Positions 36,307-50,451 of a stretch of DNA of 64,000 nucleotides are shown here, piece by piece. The notes below the pieces were generated by a model. That model saw only the letters and a list, made by a program, of their open reading frames with translations, made no database searches and was not told where the DNA came from. The position numbers were made by a program, and so were the translations under genes. Numbering within the stretch: the stretch's first letter is position 1; every line of letters begins with the position of its first letter. The stretch spans positions 8,928,001 to 8,992,000 of the forward strand of contig JBHGNT010000003.1 in NCBI GenBank assembly GCA_043228905.1, read 5' to 3'. This DNA is from Azolla caroliniana. Its lineage: Eukaryota; Plantae; Polypodiophyta.

Positions 36307-36512
36307 TTAGGATACCCGCCAATGTTACACTACTGTTTTTTGAGAAATCAATATCGAGTTTCAAATTTCTGAGTGAACGCTTTTTTAAGTACGTGTGTAT
36401 TTGAGGCCCCAGTTTATACTTTGCATTGCTTAATTCTTGTAGGTTTGCAAGGCCTTTTGCTGCATTTCTTCTTCCTTTTTGGTCAACATACGAGAAGAGA
36501 TGATTGGTCTCC

Positions 36513-39128
36513 ATGGCAAGAGAGATGAAATCCAATAGAAAGGCAGAGCTGTTATGGAAAGAATATTTCAAGGAACCTTCACTATGGTACCACAGGCAGG
36601 TGTGTTTGGTATAATATACATATAGATATGTTTTCTTTTGTTTGTGCCTACAATGAGATAGATAGAGTTTGTTGCCTTTTGTTTTTGTTTAGAATAGCTC
36701 CGTATTACCACATTTTTCCCACAGAACTACCTCTGAATCTCTATCCATTGATGTATGCGATAACTCATCATGGATATTTGAAGAACTGAAGAGAAGATCA
36801 ATGATTATGTCTTTTCTTCACCAAGAAGAATCGAAAGACAAGTTCAAGAACAAGAACAAGAGAAACCATGAAGAAGAACTTAAGCTTTTGTCTTTGCTTA
36901 AAAATTGTGCAAAGAAGAAAGACCTATGTGAAGGTATAAGATTACATAGCGATTTACAAGAGAGAGGATTACTTGAAACAAATCTTTACTTAGCAAGTAC
37001 GTTGATCCATATGTACGTTAGATGTGGGGTGCTATCAAAAGCAAAGAAATTGCTCGAAAACCTTCCAATCCGAGATGTTGTGACTTGGTCCACACTTATG
37101 ACAGGATATGTACGCCTTGGATATCCCCAAGAAGCATTATTTTGCTTCGAAAAGATGCGAAGTGAGGGCATCACTCCCAATCCAATCACTTTCACATGCA
37201 TTTTGAAAGCTTGTGGTAGCATAAGAGATATAGATAAAGGCAAAGAGATTCATGCAGATATTGTTGATATGGGTTTGCTCAATAAGGATGCAATTCTTGG
37301 CACTGTTTTGGTCGACATGTATGCCAAATGTGGTATGCTTTGTAAAGCTAGACAAGTGCTCGAAGAGCTTCCGGCCCGAGATATCTGGGCTTGGTCGGCT
37401 CTCATCGCCGGGTATGTTAACCATGGCCTTGGCCATGAAGCTTTACAGTGTGTTGAACAAATGGAAAATGAGGGGATTTCTCCTGATTCAGTTACATTAG
37501 TTAGCCTCCTGAAGGCTTGTGGAAGTATTGGAGCTATAGATAAGGGTAAACAAATTCACGATGAGATTGTGTGTAAGGGAATGCTAGAGAAAGAGGTCAT
37601 GATCGGAAATGCATTGGTGGATATGTATGCGAAATGTGGTATGCTTGTGAAAGCAAGACAAGTGCTGGAAGAGCTTCTTGTCAGAGATGTGATTTCATGG
37701 AATACATTGATTGCAGGTTATGTCCAACAAGGGCAAGGACATAATGCGCTAGATTGTTTCCAAAGTATGAAAAGTGAGGGTTTTGCCCCCGATGTGGTCA
37801 CTTACTCTTGCGTGTTAAAGGCATGTGGAAATGTGCAAGACATTGAGAGAGGAAAGAGAACCCATGATGAGATAGTGAGTAAGGGCTTGCTAGAGAAAGA
37901 GATAATGATTGGCAATGCGTTGGTTGATATGTACGTGAAATTTGGTGATTTGGCTAAAGCACAGCAAGTGCTTAAAGAGCTTCCATACTGTGACATTGTG
38001 TCTTGGTCCACACTAATTGCTGGGTATGTCCAACATGAAAGAAGCTATGAAGCATTAAATTGTTTTGAAGTAATGAAAAGAGATGGTATTAGTCCGAATT
38101 CTATCACCTTCATTTCAGTCATAAAGGCTTGTGGAAATATAAGAGCAATTGAAGAAGGCAGGAAAATTCATGATGAGATTATAGGTAAGGGCCTATTTAT
38201 GAAGGATGTTGTGCTTGGCACTGTGTTGGTAGATATGTATGCCAAATGTGGTGTGCTTGCAAAAGCACAAGAGGTGCTTGAAGAGATGTCTATAACGAAT
38301 GTTGTCTCTTGGTCTACACTTATTGCAGGGTATGTTGAGCAAGAGCAAGGTCATGAAGCTTTAAATTGTTTCAAAAGAATGCAGAGCTTGAGTTTCCTTA
38401 TTCTCGATGTTGTTACTTTCACTTATGTGCTAAAAGCATGTGGGATTGCCGGAGCCATAGACAAGGGGATACAAATTCATAATGAGATTGTAACTAATGG
38501 GCTGCTGGAGAAGGATATCATTCTTGGAAATGCTTTGATCGATATGTATATCAAATGCGGGGATCTGGCAAAAGCAAAGAAAGCATTGGAAGAGCTTCCG
38601 CTTCAAGACATAATCTCATGGAATTCTCTTATTTCAGGGTATGCTTTACAAGGGCAAAGCCAAGAAGCTCTTGAGTGTCTTGCTTGGATGCAAAGTGAGG
38701 GCGTGTCTCCAGATGAAATCACATTCCTTTGTATTCTTAATGCATTTAGCCATTCAGGGCTATTGGATGAAGCTCGAATGTTCTATGGGAATATGATTAA
38801 AAACCATGGAATTGCCCCAACTTTGGAGCACCACACTTCCATGGTGGTTATGCTCGGATGTGCAGGGCGTTTTGATGAAGCCATATCAGTGATTAAGGTG
38901 ATGCCATCTTGTGATCATGTTGAAGTTTGGCTTTCATTATTGGGTGCTTGCAAAAAATGGGGAAATGTAACACTTGGGAGATTGGTTTTTGATCAAATAG
39001 TGCAATTAACTGTTGGTTGTGCTGCATGTTATATTCTTATGGCAAATATTTTTGCCAATGCTGGCATGCCAGAAGATAAGGAAAATGTTGAAACTATGGG
39101 GTTGAAATATGGATCTATTGGAAACTAG
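36513..39128 (+). CDS. PLS-class PPR protein with E domain and no DYW; model join(36513..36599,36693..39128), ~840 aa, N-terminal OSB PDF-like motif
   Basis: 775-aa ORF of P-L-S triplets (NALVDMYAKCG / DVISWNTLIAGY / TFTCILKACG) ending in E motifs (VWLSLLGACKKWGN...YILMANIFA). A phase-0 GT..AG intron 36600-36692 extends the frame to the ATG at 36513. The core ORF is near certain; the 5' exon is inferred. Confidence 0.9.
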
Positions 39129-40028
39129 AAAAGGCCAGGAACATTCATTTACTCCTGTTGAGGATCTTGAAGTGAAGATGTACATGCAAGAATCAGAAAC
39201 CATAAAACCTAAATCTTCAGCCCTAAACGAATGGTCCTAAAAATGCCCCAAATGGAGGCCAAGCAGTTCGTTTTGATACCATCTACATATAATTATGGAT
39301 CCAAAGTAGGAGTGTCAGGAAATAATGTATAGCAGAGGAAACACATAAGGAGAAGAAGAAGAAGATACACATATTTTTCGATCCCCCAAATAATTGAAGG
39401 GGAAAAACTATATTGTTTCATTAGAATGTGATTTTCCAGGACCTGAGCTAGTTCACATGGGGCCTGTGACCCAAATATGTCGTAGATGCTCTTAAGAAAG
39501 CTATATAACAAGAAGGGTCATTTATAAATGCACAAAAAAAGAGTTCTTTGATCTTTAAATCCAGAAACCCTCTATTTTAAATCATCCAGGAGGCTCCTTT
39601 AAGTTATGTAATTCCCACTAGCTAAGGATGATTTGATGTTGTGCCTGTGAGAGGCACTTAATAAGAGCTTTTGCAAGAATTTGTGTATTCCGAAGTTTAT
39701 GCAATGAAACGAGTCCATTCTCTATCATCTCCTTGATGAAGTGCTATCGTTAATCAATGTGCCTAGTGTGTGCATGAACATGGCATTTGTATCTAGGCAT
39801 ATGGCATTTTGGCTATGACAATGTAAGACTAGTTTCCTCTTACATACGAAAAGCTCACTACAAAGACATGAGAACCATATGGCTTCTTTCTAGAAGCCTT
39901 GATAGCCAAATTTTATCTAGCCTTAATCATAGATACTCCAACAATCCTCTGCAATCTTGAGCACCATGAAACTACATGTTGCAAGTGTAGGTATTTGCTA
40001 ATGGATTTTTTTGTGTATGCACGTCAGT

Positions 40029-40757
40029 TGTCATGCTAGAGTTGGGAAACCGTCTCTCCGGATGGGAAGAAAGCACGAGCTGGATTGGAGTTCGGAGAAC
40101 CAACCTTGAAGGAGAGTGAGTCGGATCTGATAAAGAAGCGAGAACCGGATCTGATAAAGAAGTGAGAACGGATTTGGATCAGCATGCGGATGAAGCATTC
40201 AGAAATGGTTATATTTGTAAATTGGTTTTGTTGCGCCTATTTGGGCCAGATTTGTAATTAGCCCTAATGTTGTATTAGTATAAATACAACTTAAGGCAAA
40301 TCATTATTGTGTGGTTGATTGACACCGTGACTAGTGTATGTAAGAGAGTTAGAGATACAGTTAGTTATCATTGTACAGTGTGAAGTAGAGTGTGCACGTG
40401 TGTAATTGTCAATCAAACGAAAATGAGCTCAAGGTCGTGGCTTGTAAGTCTCCTTGTATTCTCTCCTCTTATAGTGGAATAGTTCGGAGTCTGCGTCTCC
40501 CGTGAGTTTTCCCTCTTAGGGTTTTCCATGTTAAAACTTGTGCCTCTTTATTTTCTGTTGTCTTGATCTTTGCATCTTTGCCTTTGTCAAGAAGGAGAAC
40601 TGGTTGTGGTCGGTGGTATTATCTTCAAACTGGTATCAGAGCGAGATGGACGAACATTTTGGTGAAAGGTTCAAGTTAATCGGCTCTAACTACTCAGTGT
40701 GGAAGTTGAAGATGTGGGATATGCTTGTATGTAAGGATTTATGGTTGTCGATGCAAT
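40029..40757 (+). mobile_element. Copia 'E' 5' LTR (40029-40627), PBS and gag start, interrupted by F
   Basis: TGGTATCAGAGC 40631-40642, then MDEHFGERFKLIGSNYSVWKLKMWDMLVCKDLW. Confidence 0.8.
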
Positions 40758-43700
40758 TGTTGGGAATATATCCCTCTTGTGGGAGGAGTTGACTAATTGG
40801 ACTGAGAAGAGTCGACAATCGAAGACAAGGAAGAGCCGATTGTTCAGAAGTAGCCGACGGTTGAAGCGTTGACAAATAGGGAGTCGGTTGTTAAACTGCC
40901 CATTATTACTATTATAGTTAATAGTAATAGCAATGATATGTAGTTGTGGCTACATTTGTAAATAGCCCATATAGTGTATGATTATAAATACATCTAGGGA
41001 AAACATAGATGTGTAGAACAGAAAGTTGAATGTGTTGTAGCGCTGTAGCTATGTGTGAGAGATATACAGAGTGAAAGGTGTGAGAGCGGCGCCATAGCCA
41101 AGTGTAGACACCAAGAGCCTTGTGCAGTTGATGTGCTTTGTGGAAAGAGCATTGTAATCTACCTTGTGTATAACCTCCCTAATAGTGGAATCTTTGTTCT
41201 CCCATGGTTTTACCCGTTTAGGATTTCCACGTTAAAATCTGTGTGCACTATTTTCGTGTGTGCGTCTAAGTTGTGTATTTCAACGTCAACGATACGATTC
41301 TTAACAATCTGGTATTAGATCTTGAGGTGCAAGCATGGAAGGAGGTGTGAGCGGCTTCCCGAGTATGATAGTTCTAAACTCACAGAACTATAGAGACTGG
41401 AAGATAAAGATGGAAGACCTTCTCATAGTAAAAGACCTGTACGAGCCCGTCGACAGAGCAGATATACATAGGGGGGTATTGGAGTTGGAATGGAAACTTC
41501 TTAACAGAAAGGGGGAGGCCACCATTCGACAGTGCGTCGATGTAAGTGTCCTTTAGCATGTGGTGAATGACACGAATGCCCACAAGATGTGGCAAAAGTT
41601 GTCAAGATTATATGAGAGGAAGAACGCCCTCAATAAAACCTCACTGATGAGAAAGATTGTTCGGCTGAAATATAGAGATGGTGAGAGCATCGTCGAACAC
41701 ATCAACACATTCATGGGGTATGTGAATCAACTGGTTGCAACAAAGTTTCCCCTTGAAGATGCAATGCAAGCCATTCTTCTATTGTGCACCCTACGAGACA
41801 ACTGGGAGAACTTGGTGGTGACTCTCAGCACCTCATGTCAAGAAGAGAACTTGTGTCTACAAGCAGTAAAGACAAGTAACTTGAATGAGGAGATGAGGAG
41901 GAAGGACAAGGGAGTCCTGTCCTAGTCAAAGTTGAATGTGGCTCAACATACCGGTAGAGGAAGAAACTGACAAAGAAGTCCACAACGAAGGGACAAATCC
42001 AAGAGGTAAGCCTACATGCTTTTATTGTGGAAAGCCTGGACACTTTTAGAAGGACTGTCGACACCTCAAGAAAGACAGGGGAGTTGGTAATGGTGTCGAA
42101 CCTAGGAAGATTCCTTATGAAAAGAGCACCTCTGCCATTGCTACGAGCAATGAAGAACTTCTATTCATCTGTGAACAAACAAGTGCAAATCTTGCAAGCG
42201 AAGAATGCAAGTCTTGGGTGATCGACTCTGGTGCATCTTTCCACATAACCTTGTCGAGAGAGTATTTCTCGACTTACATAGCCGAGGATCATGGTTATGT
42301 AAAAATGGATGACAATGGAGAGTGCAAGATATAGCCAAAGTTGAAAGTGTCTGCTTGACGACGTCGACTGACTCTGATGGATTTTCGACACATCCCCGAT
42401 ATCAGATTGAATCTGATATCGACTGAAAACTTGGATGACGAAGGCTATAGTGGTAGCTTTCGAAATGGTAAGTGGAAGTTCTGTCGTGGAAACCTCATAG
42501 TGGTCTGGGCATTGAAAGAAGGCACATTGTATATAGTGCATGCCCGATTGTGCAAGTTGGAAGTGAATGTGGCAGCCAACTCGGTAGGAGAGTTATGGCA
42601 TAAGAGGCTAGGCCACATGAGTGAGAAGGGACTGCATTTGTTAGCAGACCAAAAACTTCTTCCAGAAGTAAAGGGAGTGTACCTGGAGAAGTGTGTCGGT
42701 TGCTTAGTTGGAAAGCAGAACAGAGTAACATTACACTCAAGACCACCCAAAAGAAGAGAAGTGCCATTGGAACTAGTACACACGGATGTGTGTTATGTGG
42801 ATGCTCCATCGCATCGAGGCGGACAATACTTTGTGACCTTCATTGATGACTACTGTCGAAAGTTGTGGGCTTTCGTACTAAGATCAAAAGATCAAGTATT
42901 GTCGTATTTCTAGGCAAGAGTCGAATGAGAGTCGGGTCGAAAATTGAAGGCTGTCTGAGCTGACAATGGTGGAGAGTATAAGGATCAATTCAAGGAATAT
43001 TGCAAGGCCCAAGGTATTCGGATCGAATAAATAGTCCCAAAGACCCTAGAGTTGAATGGGCTTGCAGAGAGGATGAATCAAATGATCATGGAATGAGTAA
43101 GGAGCATGCTGTCGCATGTTAAACTGCCAAAGATATACTGAGCTGAGGCGATGTATACGGTTGTTTATCTGATCAACAAGTCTCCCTCAATGCCATTGAA
43201 AGGTGATGTCCCACAGAGAGTGTGGATAGGAAAGGATGTCTCACACCAACACTTGAGGGTGTTTGATTGTCTAGCATATATGCATGTGGCTAAGGATCAA
43301 AGGGGAAACCATGCATATTCATGGGATACTCGGAATATGAGTTCGGCTATAGGCTATGGGACCGAGTCGACAAGAAGATAGTGAGGACTCAGGATGTAGT
43401 TTTCTTGGAAGACAAGACAATAGAGGACTAGAAGCAACAGAAGTTGGAACCGATTGCCCAGTCAACCTCAACTACCATCGACTTGAGGCCAAGTGAACTG
43501 ACACAGTCAGCTATTCGGAGATAGCCAATCGGCACAACCGAATCTGAGTTGGTTGACTCAGAGAGACCAACCAACTTTGAGTCAGAGTTGGCAGAGCTAT
43601 TAAGGTCGATCGAGGAATACGAGTTGGAGTTGTCCAACCTTGAGAAGCTGATCAACATACATGAACATGAGGCGAGAGAAGAGTTGACAGAGACATCCGA

Positions 43701-43897
43701 ATGAGGGCCAACAACGAGTGTAAAAAGATACCCACTCAGAGAAAGAAGAGCACCAACAACATATGCCAATCAATACATCCTCTTAACTGATGAAGGTGAA
43801 CCAGAGTGCTATGATGAAGCCAAAAACGACAAGCACAAGGAGAAGTGGTTGAGTGCAATGGAAGATGAGATAGACTCCTTGCATGAGAATTACACTT
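40758..43897 (+). mobile_element. Tnt1/Tork-like copia 'F': 5' LTR 40758-41306, gag, PR, IN, start of RT; 3' truncated
   Basis: TGTTG..AACA LTR, degenerate PBS TGGTATTAGATC, gag (LNSQNYRDWKIKMEDLL), WVIDSGAS, LWHKRLGH, LVHTDVC; ends at HENYT. Confidence 0.88.
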
Positions 43898-44899
43898 GGG
43901 TGAAAGCACGCTATGGTGTACCAACTTTTGGCCAAAATTTTAGTACTAATTCGATGAGGAGGAAAGAAAAATAATCCAATATTTGGGTTAAAAAAGTTGA
44001 GGTTGTTGGGTCACAGTCCTAGGTTATGTTGTATGGAAATCTTAACTGTAGAAGATCTCGAGTAGTCATTCAATTATGAATAGTAAGTATGTCTCTCTCT
44101 CTCTCTCTCGCTCTCTCCTTCCCCCTTCTACTCATTGATTCCCGAGGTTCGTACCTCCTCTCCCCCTCTCTATCTCTCTTCTACCTTTTGTACAGGTCTC
44201 TACAGACTCCAAGCACGTCATTGCTCGTCGTTCGTACCTCCTCTCCCCCTCTCTGTCTCTCTTCCACCTTTTGCACAGGTCTTTCAACCTCTCAAGGGTT
44301 AGCTGCGTTCTCTCTCCCTCAGTTGACCTTGTTCTCCCTCACTGTTAGGTGTTCTGTGCTCATCGTGTCCTAACGACATCGACCTCTGCTCTGCTGGCCG
44401 TGTCCTCTCTGCTGGCTGTGACCTCTACTTTGCTCTACCTCCAGGTGTTCTCAAGTCATTGTGTTCCCTCTACTTGGTGTGTCCGTTTACTTGCAACCCG
44501 TGCTTCAAATGTGTCCCTTCTACAAGGACTTCAGAAAGGTATACCTGCTATCTGCAACCCTAACGACATCTGAAAAGGTAATCCTACTTTAGGCTTACCT
44601 TCACATTCTGCTACATGTTAGGGTTTTGTTGTTGTTGTTCATGTTGTTCTCCCTTGGTCATTTCAGACACCTGTACATGCATATGCTTGAAATTGAGACT
44701 GTTTTACATGCATATGTCATTTATTGCATGATTTAGAATTTGGTACATGTTGACATATTGGAACATGGTTCTATGATGGTACGCTGCAATGATTTTCCAT
44801 GGTTTAGCATGTATATGTTGTGTATCGGGAGTTGTGATTGATGAAAAAAGACAGTTGTGATTGATCTATTGTTATTTACTATTGTTGTGTGTGTGAGGT

Positions 44900-47800
44900 G
44901 AAGAAGAGAGATAGGAATCAAATGACAAGGAAGACACCCATGAAGACGAAAATGGTCAAAGAAAATTTCAACACACCATGAAAGGAAAGAAAAAGGAGCC
45001 CTATCAAAGAAAGTAAGATGACCCCCACAAGAGGGAGGTTTAAGTGTCAACATCTCAGGGCAAGAAGATGTTCACAAACATCCTTCGAGGTAGAAAGTTA
45101 GGATGGGGATATTTCCTTCGTGCACGACCTGACACTTATGAAGACGTAGACATGTGGATGATCAAAACATGGGGCTCATCACAACCAGAGACAAGGAGAG
45201 GTTTTCACCTCACTCAATTGAAGAAGGATTATATCACTGAACTAAAGTCACGATATGAATAAGTTTATGATACAAAACATATCCTAAACAATGAGGTACG
45301 AACTGTTTTTGCACAAGCATTTGCATGTGAACTCCATGGTGGCATTGAAGTTGATTGGGAAGATTTTGCTCATCATCGATCATCACATTATAGAGGGTCC
45401 TCAAGTACCAACACTACTATGAAGTCTGAGGGTACCTCTCACATTGAAATCCCAGCTAGGACATCTGTGTTGACTAAACAGATTGCAAAAGAAAGAGCTA
45501 CACTGACAGAAAAGCATGAACACCGATTGTTGCGTTGCATAGCTTCCATGCAAACAAGAATGCAAGCGCTGCTCACCGATTTGGAAGAAGTTTCATCTAG
45601 TCAGATGGCGGCAGAGAAACAATTCACATCTATATCGAATACATATGAATGGATAACAACAACAATCCAACATTCTAAAAGCGATGTGTTGAAAGAGGAG
45701 TTGAAGATGGAGCTGACAAATATGGGCACTCAACTAGGAAAACAGAAGAAAGATCTGTAGACATGGAGGTCATCTCGTTCTGAAATTGATGATAAGTTAT
45801 TAGCCTTAAAAAGTCACTTTGAGAACCTGACATGTTTGATGAAGGGTCTAAAAGATAAAGGTTTAGATCCTCTATGGCCAGAAGTAGTTGAGCATCCCAC
45901 TTGCAATGAAAGTACCATTACAAGAATTACTGTATCAAGGTAATGGTTTATATATTTACAAGTTGACCTTCTATTGTATAAAATATCATCGTTGCTAATA
46001 TAGTGTATGTTGTTTCTCGTATTTGAAGGTGTGTATTCTATGGCCTTGGATTCAAGTTTGAGGCCATGGATGCTATCATTACACCATGCTTGCACACATA
46101 TCATTGTTTATGCACTAAGTACCATTTTGAGAAAGAAAATATATGTTTACACTATAAAAGTACAATTGGCGCCGAATGGTACTTAACTTGGGGTTTGAAA
46201 GTACATTCCTATGGTATGTGATTAAGAACATATGTAATTTTTATACTATGCTCTTATAATTTTAACATTTGGTTTTGGTCTTATATCCATGAGTACTGTT
46301 CCTTGGTGATCATTTTTACATGATTCAGTACTAACATTACTGATTACATTGTATTCCTTGGTGATCAGTTGACAATGTGAATCTTATTTAGTATTGACGA
46401 TCTTAAATGTTTAGTTGTATAACTTGCATGTGCACTAACATTATTCATTAAATTGTACTTTCTGTGTCCACTTGGCTTAGGTTCTAGATGACCGAACAAT
46501 AAGGCATGAAGGTCTAAGTTTTTTAGTACTAACATTGTTCATTACATGAAATATGCATGTCCAGGTGGTTGTGTAATGTGCCCTCAAGTTCCTTGTTAGA
46601 GGATTTAGTACTAACATTACTGATTACATTGTATTCTTTGGTGATCAGTTGATTTAGTACTGATTATTTAGTACTGAATGTCTTAATTGATTGGTTGTAT
46701 AACTTGTATAAGTACTAACACTGTCCATTACATTGTACGTTTTGTGTCCAAGTGGTTCAGTACTATTCTCTCAAGTTCCTTGATTGATGTTTTAGTACTA
46801 ACTTACTAATTACATTGTATCCTTTGGTGCTGAGTTGATTCAGTACTGATTATTTATTACTGAACGTCTTAAATGTTTAGTTGTATCACTTGTATGTGTA
46901 CTAACAAATAGGCTCTGGATGACTGAACAAATAGGTATGCAGGTCTTTTGTTTAGTACCGAACAAATATCGACAACATGTCCAGATGGTTTTGTATTGTG
47001 TCCTCAAGTTCCTCTTTGTTGTTTTAGTACTAATATTACTGTTACATTGCATATTCCTTAGTGATTAGTTGGAACAAGACTGATTTTTTAGTACTGAAGG
47101 TCTTAAATGTCCACTTGATTCAGTATTGATAATATTTGTAACATTGTCGTCATGTTAGAACTAATGTACGATTATAATATGAATGTTGTAGTATCAAGCA
47201 ACACCACACCAGGGAAGGTAACTGACCAACCAGCCCCCACGCTACTACGTACAGAGTCTGCTGCAAATTCCAAAGTCCATGGTCATTCCTTAGTGGTAAC
47301 TGAGCAAATATCGACAGCATGTCCAGATAGTTTTGTATTGTGTCCTCAAGTTCCTCTTTGTTGTTTTAGTACTAATATTATTGTTACATGCATATTCCTT
47401 GGTGATCAGTTGGAACAAGACTGATTTTTTAGTACTGAAGGTCTTAAATGTCCACTTGATTCAGTACTGATAATATTTGTAACATTGTCGTCATGTTAGA
47501 ACTAATGTACGATTATAATATGAATGTTGTAGTATCAAGCAACACCACACCAGGGAAGGTAACTGACCAACCAGCCCCCACGCTACTACGTACAGAGTCT
47601 ACTGCAAATTCCAAAGTCCATGGTCATTCCTTAGTGGTAACTGAGCAAATATCGACAGCATGTCCAGATGGTTTTGTATTGTGTCCTCAAGTTCCTCTTT
47701 GTTGTTTTAGTACTAATATTACTGTTACATGCATATTCCTTGGTGATCAGTTGGAACAAGACTGATTTTTTAGTACTGAAGGTCTTAAATGTCCACTTGA

Positions 47801-49645
47801 TTCAGTACTGATAATATTTGTAACATTGTCGTCATGTTAGAACTAATGTACGATTATAATATGAATGTTGTAGTATCAAGCAACACCACACCAGGGAAGG
47901 TAACTGACCAACCAGCCCCCACGCTACTACGTACAGAGTCTGCTGCAAATTCCAAAGTCCATGGTCATTCCTTAGTGGTAACTGAGCAAATATCGACAGC
48001 ATGTCCAGATGGTTTTGTATTGTGTCCTCAAGTTCCTCTTTGTTGTTTTTGTACTAATATTATTGTTACATGCATATTCCTTGGTGATCAGTTGGAACAA
48101 GACTGATTTTTTAGTACTGAAGGTCTTAAATGTCTACTTGATTCAGTACTGATAATATTTGTAACATTGTCGTCATGTTTGAACTAATGTACGATTATAA
48201 TATGAATGTTGTAGTATCAAGCAACACCACACCAGGGAAGGTAACTGACCAACCAGCCCCCACGCTACTACGTACAGAGTCTGCTGCAAATTCCAAAGTC
48301 CATGGTCATTCCTTAGTGGTAACTGAGGAAATTTATGATGAAGATGAATGTATGAGAAAGGCCATTGGAATAGTTGAAGACATATTGCTTCAAACAAATT
48401 CTCCTAGCTCGGCTCCCCTTGACTGTGTGAACGATAATGCTAATTGTGTGTGAACTTTTAATAATGTATTGTTGCTATACTTCTAATTTCTTATGTTTCT
48501 ATCAAAGAGCCTACGAAGAAGCGTAATGCTACAAGGAAATTGTATGGAAAGGGGAAGAAATGCAGAGTTCATTGTAGTGGTGGGTCATACAAATTCTCAC
48601 AAACTTTGAGAGCTGTAAAGTTAATGAGTTAGACTAAGACCACGTGCTTTTGTTGTTAGACAAGGAAGAAACGATTAATGAAAATGGAGATACCGATTCA
48701 GAGCCACAACATGAAGAAGAATTTATCGTCCTCACAAGTACATGTTGTGAACCCTCTTATATAATAGTTATTTTAACCATATCACCCAAGTGACAATAAT
48801 GGTTTTGGTCTATTAATATATAGAAAGTGATGTAAAATCTTGGCATGATTTAGAGCCCCAACCTGAGACTGGTACCATCCCAAGCAATAATGACGAGTTT
48901 AATACCAATGCAAACCAGGTATTGCAGCACATGACAAACACAATCATCTGCAAAGACTCATCTTCAAAAGTCCCGGATGGAGATGTAACAGTAGGTAAAC
49001 GATTGTCCCTTAATCTAGTATGTTATTTGATATGGCTAGGTTCCTTGACTTTGTAAGAATGTGAATTGATATTGTTCTTGTTATTTAGGAATAGAAGAAC
49101 ATGGAGATTCCCAAATAGCATCAGATGATTCAGGCAGTCTATGGAGCAATCTTGATTTTTCAGACTCAGATAGCACCACACATGAGGAATGTGAAATCAC
49201 CCAAGAAGAGGAGCTGAAGAACTTTGACAGTACCGTAAACATGGGGCAAGACTATATCATTAAGGAGATTGTAGCTACCACCCAAGAAGAGGAACAAGGT
49301 GGTACTACGAATCACATGTCTTACCAAAACACCGCAAGTAGCCTACACATGGAACAAGACTGTACAAAGAACCAGGTGTCTAGCTTCAACCACGAGGAGT
49401 TTGCAATGAAGATGACAACCACCAAAGAACAGGAACATGCTTGTACTACGAATACCGTGTTACTGCAGAACACCGGTTCTACCCATGAAGAGCAGATTAA
49501 TGCTAATACTATCGACAAGATCTTCTTGGAAGTGTGTGCATCTCAAGTAGTTGCAGTAGAGCACAAGGTTCCCTCAAGCTTGCCCCCCCCCCCCTCCGAT
49601 GATGAACAACCACTTAGTAGTCTACTACCCGTGGCTTTAAGATGA
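44900..49645 (+). pseudogene. Transposon-borne multi-exon gene: novel N-domain, coiled coil, RING-H2-like finger, acidic low-complexity tail
   Basis: Continuous frame ~44900-45939 with in-frame stops; intron 45940-46028; exon 46029-46213 CVFYG...TPCLHTYHCLC...ICLHY...WYLTWG; further acidic coding-like segments 48.2-49.6 kb. Confidence 0.7.
46963..48326. repeat. Near-identical 341 bp tandem repeat, 4 copies
   Basis: Near-identical ORFs start at 47152, 47493, 47834 and 48175. Confidence 0.97.
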
Positions 49646-50451
49646 AGAAGAAGAAGGGTGTGAAATCTAAGAAGAGTGTAACAAAAAATAGGCGCATTAC
49701 AAGATCTAGAAAACACTAAAAACAAAGTTTTTTGTATTTAGATCGTTGTTTGTAATTGATTACCATATGAGCAAGTTTTTGATTAACTGCTTCTTGACAC
49801 TGTTTTGGTTTACTTATCCTGAATTTAAACTTGATACTATTTGAGTACTCATCTTAGTGACTAATTTAGTACCAACTTGATATGCAATGTACTAACTTTG
49901 ATACATATATTTGTAAGAATGTGAATTTGATACTATTTGAGGTCTCATCTTAGTAAGAATGTCACTTGTTATGCACACATATGACATTGACGCTTGTTAT
50001 GGACATATATGACACTCCTGTCTTGGATATGTCTAGGTTAGTAAACACTTAACATAGTATTAGTACTATATTTTAATGCATATGAACATGATATGTATAC
50101 TTGAACAAACCATTGTATTAGTACTAGCAATTAACATGTTCAATTTGTTCCCTCATCTAGTCAACCACACCCTCATGAGTGTACCACACACTAGAAACAT
50201 GTGCGGAATGAACACTCCTATCTTAGATATCTCTAGGTTAGGAAACACTTAACACATTTTTAGTACTAACCAAAGATATTTTTCACCATAAATTGTATGT
50301 AAAAGATAAATACATATCTAAACAAAACACCAAAATTAAGAGCTTTGTCATTGCAAACTCATAAGAAAACCAAAGATGATATATTTCCATTCATTTGTAG
50401 GCTAGAGTTTACAAGACATGCAAATGTTACATATGAACAATGCTTGCCATT

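Noticed and set aside
47152-48106. Three 90-aa ORFs as a small gene family
   Set aside because: By-product of the 341 bp tandem repeat
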